The notes below the pieces were generated by a model, which was not told where the DNA came from, ran no database searches, and worked only from the letters and a program-made list of their open reading frames with translations. Below, one piece after another: positions 56,674-64,000 of a stretch of DNA of 64,000 nt (position 1 is its first letter; every line of letters begins with the position of its first letter). The stretch lies in assembly GCA_963813815.1 (NCBI GenBank), contig CAWFAD010000006.1, positions 1-64,000 on the forward strand, given 5' to 3'. This DNA comes from an uncultured bacterium (GTDB lineage: Bacteria; Krumholzibacteriota; Krumholzibacteriia; Krumholzibacteriales; Krumholzibacteriaceae). The translations under genes were made by a program, and so were the position numbers.

Positions 56674-58542
56674 TCACCTCTTGCCCGCGGGAGGGATGAG
56701 CTCCGCGAGCCGGCGATGGAGCTCGCGCGCGTCGACGAAGCCGGCGACCCGGAGGTCTTCGCGCTCCTTCCCCGCGGCGTCGATGAATATGATGGTGGGG
56801 ACGCTCCGCACGGAGAAGCGGTCGTTGAGGGCCGTCTCCGCCGGCCCCGATTTCGTGAGATCGACGCGCAGCGGCACGGCGTCGCGGGCGAGCTCGACGA
56901 CCGCCCCGTCGGTGAAGGTCTTCTTGTCGAGCTCGTGGCACGGAATGCACCACGCCGCCGAGAAATCGATGAGGACGGGCTTTCCGTCGCGGGACGCGGC
57001 GGCGAGCGCCTCCTCGCTGAAGGGCCGCCAAGGAATGCCGGGCTTCTCGGTCACGAGCGTTCCCCGCAGCGCGGGAATGATGAAGACCGTGACCGCGACC
57101 GCGATGCAGGCGACGCCGACGGCGCTCCGGAGCGTCCTGAAGAATCTCCCGGCCGCGGCCGTCCGGGCCATCCACCCGAGGTAGACGCCGCCGATGACCG
57201 CGACGGCCGCGTACCCGAAGGCGGCGAGGCGCGGCCCGAGGAGATTGCGCGCGAAGTAGAGCGCCATCCCGAAGAGGACGAACCCGAAGAGCTTCCTCAC
57301 CCAGATCATCCAGTCTCCCGCGCGCGGCAGGCGGGATATGCCGCCCGAGACGGTGCCGAGAACGAGGAACGGAACGCCCATTCCCCACGCGAGCGTGAAG
57401 AACATGAGAAATCCGAGCAGCGGATTTCCCGTCTGGCCGACGTAGGTGAGCAGTCCGAGCACGGCGGGGCCGATGCACGGAGCCGCGACGAGGCCCATCG
57501 TGAGCCCCATGCCGACGGCCCCCGCGTACCCCTTTTTCGCCTTGCCCGTCCGCGTCGCGAGAAACATCGGGAGCCGGATCTCCCAGACGCCGAACATCGA
57601 GAGGGCGAGCGCCACGAGCACCGCCGCGACGAAGAGAACGACGAACGGATTCTGGAGGGCGGCGCCGAAGAGGCTCCCCGTCATCGCCGCCACGGTGCCG
57701 AGCACGCTGTAGGTGATCGACATGCCGAGCACGTAAAGGATGGCGAGCACGGCCGAGCGTCCGCTTTTTCCCTCCGCCTGCCCTCCGAAGTAGCTGACCG
57801 TGATGGGAATGAGGGGGTAGATGCAGGGGGTGAGGCTGAGGCCGAGCCCGATGAGAAAGATGGAGACGAAGGCGAGCGCGAGCCCGCGCTCCTTCACCAT
57901 GGCGGCGAAATCGCCTTCGCCCCCGGCCGGCGTCGCGGGGCCGGCGTCGACGCCCTCGCCCTTCTCGTCGACGAAGGGCGGCCGGGAGAAAACGGCCGGA
58001 GAGAGCCGCTCGACGCCCTCTTCGAGCGCGCCGACCCGGATCGTGTCGACCGCGCCGGCGCTCGCCGGCTCCACGCAGGTGAGATCGTTGCATCCCTGAT
58101 ATTTGAGCTTCAGCGCGATCGCGTACGATCCCGGCGGAACGGACGCGCCGATGCGCAGCACCGCTCCGAAGGTGACCGTGCCGTCATAGAGCGACATCTG
58201 CGTTTCGCTCATTTCGAGCTTGCGCATGACGGGGGCGGGATAGAGAAGGCGGACCACCTCGATCCCCTCCGGAGCGTTCACGACGAGCTCGCTCGGAATG
58301 AGGTAGCCGTCGAGGGGCTTGTTCGAGTTGATGTGCCACCCCTCGGCGATGCGCGCCGTGAGGGCGACGTATCCCGTTCCTCCCGGATGAAACACCGAGA
58401 GCGAGTGCGACACCCCGGCCGAAACGAGCCCCTCGGCGGGGATGAAAAACCCCTGGGCGAGCGCCGGCGCGGCGAACGCCGACGCGCACGCCGCGAGAAC
58501 GAGCAACCGTTCGATGCGCGATGTCCATGGCCTGCGAACCAC
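56674..58542 (-). CDS. dsbD: Thiol:disulfide interchange protein DsbD
   Basis: EGWHINSN, YQGCNDLTC, LTPCIYP, AAPCIGP, DFSAAWCIPC. Confidence 0.93.
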   Translation of the reverse strand: MVRRPWTSRIERLLVLAACASAFAAPALAQGFFIPAEGLVSAGVSHSLSVFHPGGTGYVALTARIAEGWHINSNKPLDGYLIPSELVVNAPEGIEVVRLLYPAPVMRKLEMSETQMSLYDGTVTFGAVLRIGASVPPGSYAIALKLKYQGCNDLTCVEPASAGAVDTIRVGALEEGVERLSPAVFSRPPFVDEKGEGVDAGPATPAGGEGDFAAMVKERGLALAFVSIFLIGLGLSLTPCIYPLIPITVSYFGGQAEGKSGRSAVLAILYVLGMSITYSVLGTVAAMTGSLFGAALQNPFVVLFVAAVLVALALSMFGVWEIRLPMFLATRTGKAKKGYAGAVGMGLTMGLVAAPCIGPAVLGLLTYVGQTGNPLLGFLMFFTLAWGMGVPFLVLGTVSGGISRLPRAGDWMIWVRKLFGFVLFGMALYFARNLLGPRLAAFGYAAVAVIGGVYLGWMARTAAAGRFFRTLRSAVGVACIAVAVTVFIIPALRGTLVTEKPGIPWRPFSEEALAAASRDGKPVLIDFSAAWCIPCHELDKKTFTDGAVVELARDAVPLRVDLTKSGPAETALNDRFSVRSVPTIIFIDAAGKEREDLRVAGFVDARELHRRLAELIPPAGKR

Positions 58543-58558
58543 AGCCTCTCCTTTCGAG

Positions 58559-60433
58559 CTACCGGGAGTAATCGAGAACGTATACGCCCCCCGCGCCGCT
58601 CGCGACGCAGAGCAAGCGTCCCGCGGCGCACACGGCGCGCGCGTCATGCACCGTTTGGAACCGGGCGGCCTCGACGATGCGCGTCGGATCGGAAACGTCG
58701 AACGCGAAAACCCCTCTCGTGAACGCCGCGGCGAAGAGCGTGGCTCCGTCGAGGCGCACCTGCCGGGCGACCGATCCAGTCGGCGCGGACGAAACGATGC
58801 GCGGGCGCTCGCGCATCGACACGTCCGCCGCCTTGACGCCGCGGCCGCCGTCGGCGAGATAGGCCCTGTCGCCCGCGACGACGACGTCCGCCGTCCACCC
58901 CGGCGTGTCGAGGGTCGAAACGCGCCGGGGCTCGCCGCCGTCGAGGGAGAATATATGGAGCCCCTCGTAGCCGTCGGCGACGTAGAGGTGCCGTGCGTCG
59001 GCGTCGACGCCTCGAACCTCGGAGAACTTCCCTCGCCAGACGAGCCGCGGGCGGCGGGGTTTCGACACGTCGAGGATCTCGACGCCGCCGAATCCGGCGG
59101 CGCAGTAGACGCGCTCCCCGCGAACGACGAGCGCGGATAGGTAGTGGGGCGACGCATAGGCGCCGACGAGGCGCGCCTTCCGGGGATCGCCCGCCTCGGC
59201 GACCTTGATCCCTCCGTCGCCGTCCGCGATGAGAAGCGACCCGCCGGCGAGCGCGACGCCTCTCGCGTCGCGCGTTTGCAGGTGGGAGAGCCAGGATATC
59301 GATCCGCCGCTCTCGAGCCTTCCGATGCGCACGCCGTCGTAGCCGTTCGCGAGGTAAACGGTTTCGCCCTCGACCAGAATGCCGAGCGCTATTCCGCGCG
59401 TCGGAAAGAAATCCGCGTGGCGGAGCCCTTTGCGCCCGATCGCGCAGACGTCGATGCCGTCGAGCGGCGCGATGGAGGCGACGCGGCCGGACGATACGGC
59501 GATGCGGCCGGGCTTCCGGGCGGCGGCCCCGCCGCCGCCGGACGACGCATACCGCGAACCGTACGGGCGCGGCGGCAGGCTCAGCGCCCTGCCCGCGCGC
59601 AGGCGCGCCGTCCCGCCCTCTCTCCCGACGTCGAAGGGAATGATCATCCGCGACGCGCCGAGGAGGGCTCCGGCGCCGTCCCCGGAAGCGATGTCCACGA
59701 TTCCCCGGTGCCGAAACCCCTCGATCGGCCTCGGCGGGCCGGGAGCCGCGAGATCCCACGCGAGAACCCTTCCGCCGGGAGTGAGAGCGAGGAGAACGGC
59801 GTCGTGGATGACCGCATCCGTCGCGCCTTCCTCGAGATCGATCGAGGCCGCTCTCTCGAGCCATCCCGCCGCCGAGCAGCGGAAAATCTCGATCGTTCCG
59901 CCGTAGGCGACGGCGAGGATGTCGCGCTCGGCGCACAGCGCCGAGATAGGGTGCGAGAGCTTCAGGGATTCCCTGAATCGCGGCTCGCGGGGATTCTCGA
60001 GCGTAAAGACGTGGAGGACGCTCTTTCGCTCGTCGGACACGCAGAGGGCCCCGCCCGCCGATGCGCAGCGCATCGCCTGGGAGATTTCGCTATGATGCGT
60101 TTCGACGGGGATGACGGGATTCGAGATATCGATCGTTCTGAGGCCGCCCGTGAAGGCGGCGACGTAAACGATCGATCCTCGAACGCACAGGTCGTACGGC
60201 TCCCCCTCGATCGCAAGGTAGGCCGGCTCGGCGAGGCGATTCGAGTCGCCGAACACCGCGACGCCGCCCCCCGTGCCGAGGACGAGCCCGTTCCCGGCGA
60301 AGACCGCGGACCGCGCCGGGCCCTGTATGAGGGAGCGCGAGAGGAGGGCGAACTCCCCCGCCGCGGCCGCGAGGGGCGCCGCGAGCGCGCTGGCGGCGAC
60401 GAGATATGCGGCGATGGAGTTCCGGTGAGGCAT
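58559..60433 (-). CDS. Secreted LVIVD-repeat beta-propeller protein
   Basis: Signal peptide; repeated YVA/YLADG..GL.I.DVS.P..P. Confidence 0.85.
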   Translation of the reverse strand: MPHRNSIAAYLVAASALAAPLAAAAGEFALLSRSLIQGPARSAVFAGNGLVLGTGGGVAVFGDSNRLAEPAYLAIEGEPYDLCVRGSIVYVAAFTGGLRTIDISNPVIPVETHHSEISQAMRCASAGGALCVSDERKSVLHVFTLENPREPRFRESLKLSHPISALCAERDILAVAYGGTIEIFRCSAAGWLERAASIDLEEGATDAVIHDAVLLALTPGGRVLAWDLAAPGPPRPIEGFRHRGIVDIASGDGAGALLGASRMIIPFDVGREGGTARLRAGRALSLPPRPYGSRYASSGGGGAAARKPGRIAVSSGRVASIAPLDGIDVCAIGRKGLRHADFFPTRGIALGILVEGETVYLANGYDGVRIGRLESGGSISWLSHLQTRDARGVALAGGSLLIADGDGGIKVAEAGDPRKARLVGAYASPHYLSALVVRGERVYCAAGFGGVEILDVSKPRRPRLVWRGKFSEVRGVDADARHLYVADGYEGLHIFSLDGGEPRRVSTLDTPGWTADVVVAGDRAYLADGGRGVKAADVSMRERPRIVSSAPTGSVARQVRLDGATLFAAAFTRGVFAFDVSDPTRIVEAARFQTVHDARAVCAAGRLLCVASGAGGVYVLDYSR

Positions 60434-60557
60434 CTTGCCCGTTAAGGTAGCGTAAAGGCGGAAACGGCGCAAGCCGTCTTGATGGAGGCCGGCGCGTTTG
60501 CTACAGTGTTGGCGCTCCGCGAGCCGCCCGGCCGCGGGCGGAAAGGAAACCGAAACC

Positions 60558-61214
60558 GTGGCGCAGCCGGATCAACGCAAGCTCTACCTCGTGCGGCACG
60601 CCGAATCTCTCTGGAACAGCGAGCGGCGGGTGCAGGGCACGTGTCTCGATGTTCCCCTGAGCCCGGTCGGACGCGCTCAGGCCGGCCTCCTCGGGAAGCG
60701 GCTCCGCGCGCTCGCGGTCGCGGCGTTTTACACGAGCGACGCCCGGCGGGCGGTGGAGACGGCGCGCCTCGCGCTCGGAGACGACCGGGAGCTCATCGTG
60801 GATCCCTCGCTCCGCGAGCTCTCCCTCGGCGAGTGGGAGGGGCGCCTCATCGCCGACCTCCGCCGCGAGATGCCCGAGAGGCTGGAGACCTGGTATCGAA
60901 GGCCCTCGACGGTGCCGATCGCGGGCGCCGACGATCTCGCATCCTTCAGGGAGCGGGCCGCCGCCGCGATCGATCGCATCCTCGCCGCGCACGACGGCGG
61001 AGACGTGGCCGTCGTCTCGCACGGCGGTTTCATCTGCAGCTACCTCACCTGGACGCTCGGGATGAGCGTCGACGGCCTCTGGAGCTTCTCGCTTCCGAAC
61101 GCCTCGATCACGACGATCGTCATCGACTTCAAGCCGCGGCTCCGCGCCTTCGGCGACACGGCGCACCTCGATCCCCCGGCGATCGGCCTCGACGGCATGC
61201 CGTATCCGCTCTGA
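60558..61214 (+). CDS. Histidine phosphatase (PGM/CobC-like)
   Basis: LYLVRHAES.WN, LRELSLGEWEG, VSHGG. Confidence 0.92.
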   Translation: MAQPDQRKLYLVRHAESLWNSERRVQGTCLDVPLSPVGRAQAGLLGKRLRALAVAAFYTSDARRAVETARLALGDDRELIVDPSLRELSLGEWEGRLIADLRREMPERLETWYRRPSTVPIAGADDLASFRERAAAAIDRILAAHDGGDVAVVSHGGFICSYLTWTLGMSVDGLWSFSLPNASITTIVIDFKPRLRAFGDTAHLDPPAIGLDGMPYPL

Positions 61215-61242
61215 CGGGTCCCGCCGCGAGGGCGGGTTCTCC

Positions 61243-61989
61243 TCAGAAATCCCCCGAGCGGTCTCCGCCGTGGCGGAGGTGCCAGATTGTCTTGCCGGCC
61301 ATCGCGTAGATGAGCGCGATGCCTCCGAGGAATCCGCCGATGTGCGCGAACCACGCCACGCCGCCCTCGGCCGTGCCGCCGAGAGAGGCGAGTCCGAAGA
61401 AGAACTGGATCACGAACCACATGACGATGATGACGAACGCGGGGACGACCGCCATGCGGATAAAGAAGCCGAGAAAGATGAGGGTCAGCACGCGCGCGCG
61501 GGGATAGGCGATGAGATAGGCGCCGAGGAGTCCCGAAACGGCTCCGCTCGCGCCGACCGTCGGAATCAGCGATCCCGGATCGGAAGCGATGTGGAGCGCG
61601 TGCGCGAGAAACCCGGAGGCGAGGTAAAAGATGATGAATTTCGCCGGGCCGAGAATGTCCTCGATGTTGTTGCCGAAGATGTAGAGGTAGAGCATGTTGC
61701 CGCCGAGATGCCAGTACCCCGCGTGCATGAACATCGAGGAGAGGAGCGTAAGCCACACGTGCGGCGGCCCCGGCGCGTGCGCGATCGGCGCGCCCGCGGC
61801 GAGCTGTCCGACGAGATCGACGGCGTGCGTGATCTCGTACGGCGTCGCCCCGAAGCCGGCGATGAACGCGTTCACGCGCGATCCCAGCGAAAGCTCGTAG
61901 ACGAAGACGATGACGTTCGCCAGTATGAGCGAATAGGTGGCGATGGGCCGGCGAACGGTCGGGTTTATGTCCTTGAGCGGCAGAAACAT
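61243..61989 (-). CDS. Rhomboid intramembrane serine protease
   Basis: SMFMHAGYWHLGGNM, VGASGAVSG, AWFAHIGG. Confidence 0.95.
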   Translation of the reverse strand: MFLPLKDINPTVRRPIATYSLILANVIVFVYELSLGSRVNAFIAGFGATPYEITHAVDLVGQLAAGAPIAHAPGPPHVWLTLLSSMFMHAGYWHLGGNMLYLYIFGNNIEDILGPAKFIIFYLASGFLAHALHIASDPGSLIPTVGASGAVSGLLGAYLIAYPRARVLTLIFLGFFIRMAVVPAFVIIVMWFVIQFFFGLASLGGTAEGGVAWFAHIGGFLGGIALIYAMAGKTIWHLRHGGDRSGDF

Positions 61990-61992
61990 CGC

Positions 61993-62952
61993 TTACGACA
62001 TCCTCATGAGCACCTTGAAGGAATCGACGCGTCCGGCGCGGCGGAAGGCCGCGCGCCAACGCTCGAACGGGTACGTCGCCGTGAGAAAGGGCGCCGTCGC
62101 GATCCGCCCCGCGGCGAGAAGCCCGAGCGCGCGGTCGAACGGCCCGCAGCGCGAGCCGACGACCGTGATTTCGTCGACCACGATCGGCGCCGGGTTCCAG
62201 CGGAGCTCGCCCTGATAGGTCGATTTCAGGACGATCGTTCCCCGCGGCCGCACGAGGGAAGAGGCGAGCGCGAGCCCCGCGGGGCTCCCCGAGCATTCTA
62301 TCACGACGTCGTGCGTTCGATCGAGCCGCTTGCCTTTCGCGAGATCGAGCGTCTCGATGCCGAGCGAGCCGATGGCCGCGAGCTTGCGGGGGCTTCGGCC
62401 GATCACCGCGACCCGGTCGCTCGCGAGCGAGACGACCTGAGCGGCCATCGCCGCGAGCCGTCCGTCGCCGAGAACGAGCACGCGGTCGCGGCGCGCGATC
62501 TTCACCTGCTCCGTGATCTCGCACGCGGCGGCGACGAGCTCGGCGAAGACGGCCTCATCGTCCGCGAGCCGCTCGGGGACGAGGTGGAGGTTTCGCGCCG
62601 GAAGCACGATGTGCTCGGCGAACGCTCCGTCCCTCCCGGCGATGCCGATGACGCCGCGCGAGGGGCAATGCATGCGGAGCCCCGCGCGGCACGCGGCGCA
62701 GCGGCCGCAGGGCACGTTTATCTCGCCGACGACTCGCTTTCCGGCGAGGCCGCGCGACGGGGCCTCGACCACCGTTCCGACGAACTCGTGGCCCAAAACG
62801 CCCCGGAACGAGAAGTATCCCTTGAGTATCTCGAGGTCGGTCGAGCAAATGCCGGCGAGCCTCACCCGGACGAGGGCCTCGCCGCGGCCGCGTCGGGGCA
62901 TCCGCTTCGCGGCCTCATTGAGCTTCCGTCCGTCGAAAACGAGCGCGCGCAT
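61993..62952 (-). CDS. Zn-dependent alcohol dehydrogenase (MDR) family
   Basis: GICSTD, GHEFVG, CGRCAAC...HC, LGDGRL. Confidence 0.93.
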   Translation of the reverse strand: MRALVFDGRKLNEAAKRMPRRGRGEALVRVRLAGICSTDLEILKGYFSFRGVLGHEFVGTVVEAPSRGLAGKRVVGEINVPCGRCAACRAGLRMHCPSRGVIGIAGRDGAFAEHIVLPARNLHLVPERLADDEAVFAELVAAACEITEQVKIARRDRVLVLGDGRLAAMAAQVVSLASDRVAVIGRSPRKLAAIGSLGIETLDLAKGKRLDRTHDVVIECSGSPAGLALASSLVRPRGTIVLKSTYQGELRWNPAPIVVDEITVVGSRCGPFDRALGLLAAGRIATAPFLTATYPFERWRAAFRRAGRVDSFKVLMRMS

Positions 62953-63368
62953 CAGACGATCCTGTCCGGGATCGAAAGATCCCCTTCCTGGTCCTTCTCC
63001 CGGGCGGCGATGATGAGAGACGGTCCGGAGCCGGCTCCCTGAATGGCGTGCGCGACATCCGGCCGTATGCGGATGCACTGGCGCCGCGCCTCGAGGCTGA
63101 GCTCCCGGATCTCCCCCGAGGAGGATCTCCACAGGAGGAGCCCCTCGCCCTCGAGCGGGCAGAGCCATTCCGCCGCTCGCGGATGCCGGTGGTTCCCGCG
63201 TTTCGCGCCGGGGAGCGTCTCCACGACGTGGATCGTCCGGGGATCGATCGCGGCCCCTTCGCGGTTCCACGGGAAGAGCGCCCAGCCGCGCTCGTCGCGG
63301 TGGAGACGCTCGTCGAGAGGGAACGTCTCGATCTCGCCGCCCTGTTCGCCGTTGGCTGTTTTCGACAT
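62952..63368 (-). CDS. Cupin, WxcM/FdtA-like sugar isomerase domain
   Basis: HRDERGW, PGAKRGNHRH, IRPDVAHAI. Confidence 0.75.
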   Translation of the reverse strand: MSKTANGEQGGEIETFPLDERLHRDERGWALFPWNREGAAIDPRTIHVVETLPGAKRGNHRHPRAAEWLCPLEGEGLLLWRSSSGEIRELSLEARRQCIRIRPDVAHAIQGAGSGPSLIIAAREKDQEGDLSIPDRIV

Positions 63369-63462
63369 GGAAGTCCTCAATACTCTTGATTCCGCGGCGG
63401 ATTGTATCCTACTCTCCGGAAAATGCAAGAATGATGGTTCGAACGGCTCACGGGAGGTGCCG

Positions 63463-64000
63463 ATGAATTCGGGCAGAAGAAAATATCTCATCGACGAAAT
63501 AAACCGCGAGGAGGCGTGGCGTCTCTTCAGGATTCTCGCCGAGTTCGTCGAGGGTTTCGACGCGCTCGCGGGCGTCGAGCCCGCGGTGACCTTCTTCGGT
63601 TCGGCGCGCTCGACCGAGAGCGACTGGGAGTACCGCGCGGCGCGGGGGCTCGCGAAAAAGCTCGCGCAGGAAGGGTGCGCGATCATCACGGGTGGCGGTC
63701 CCGGCGTCATGGAGGCGGCGAACCGCGGCGCGCATGAGGGGAAGGGGCTCTCGATCGGGCTCAACATCGAGATTCCCTTCGAGCAGCGGCCGAACCCCTA
63801 CATCGACAAGATGATCGAGTTCCGCTATTTCTTCGTGCGGAAGGTGATGTTCGTCAAATACTCGCTCGCCTTCGTCATCCTGCCGGGCGGGTTCGGGACG
63901 ATGGACGAGCTCTTCGAGGCGCTCACGCTCATCCAGACGCGCAAGATCAAGCCGTTCCCCGTCTTTCTCGTCGGCTCGAAGTACTGGTCGGGGCTCGTCG
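63463..64000 (+). CDS. LOG family (TIGR00730-like) nucleotide monophosphate nucleosidase, runs off the window
   Basis: WRLFRILAEFVEGF, FFGSAR, TGGGPGVMEAANRGA, PGGFGTMDE. Confidence 0.93.
   Translation, partial: MNSGRRKYLIDEINREEAWRLFRILAEFVEGFDALAGVEPAVTFFGSARSTESDWEYRAARGLAKKLAQEGCAIITGGGPGVMEAANRGAHEGKGLSIGLNIEIPFEQRPNPYIDKMIEFRYFFVRKVMFVKYSLAFVILPGGFGTMDELFEALTLIQTRKIKPFPVFLVGSKYWSGLV

Overview
The window is two unrelated genomes joined at about 16,140-16,205. (A) Bases 1-16,140 are a mycobacterial (Mycobacterium/Mycolicibacterium-like) housekeeping region with the conserved order uvrB, DUF402, coaE, rpsA, polA, OB-fold and lipid-transfer thiolase, plus small accessory insertions. It carries leaderless promoters, a PafBC-type motif and a KstR operator, and ends in a truncated IS30-family element. 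Most genes here have 1-bp indels typical of uncorrected long-read sequence. (B) Bases 16,205-64,000 come from a GC-rich diderm, probably FCB-group (Krumholzibacteriota/Eisenbacteria-like; inferred from gene content). They contain a T9SS-like module (large Ig-repeat protein with an FlgD-Ig tail, a PorV-family/FlgD fusion and a TPR protein) behind sigma54-like motifs, and a low-GC island encoding a large S8 protease with a near-perfect 610-bp internal duplication. They also contain a moxR/DUF58/batABCDE operon with an extra TPR-chaperone gene and a secreted PepC, and a complete V/A-type ATPase operon followed by USP and PTS-IIA genes. Further on are a miniature 2-hydroxyacyl-CoA-dehydratase-like/ASKHA-activator pair, bioY, a GNAT, a free-standing promoter-driven structured RNA resembling a short 6S RNA, a GT4, dsbD, an LVIVD protein, a histidine phosphatase, a rhomboid, an ADH, a cupin and a LOG protein. 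The best candidates for undescribed biology are the orphan RNA, the cargo/PorV/TPR module and the mini dehydratase/activator pair. All calls are by eye and no database search was run.
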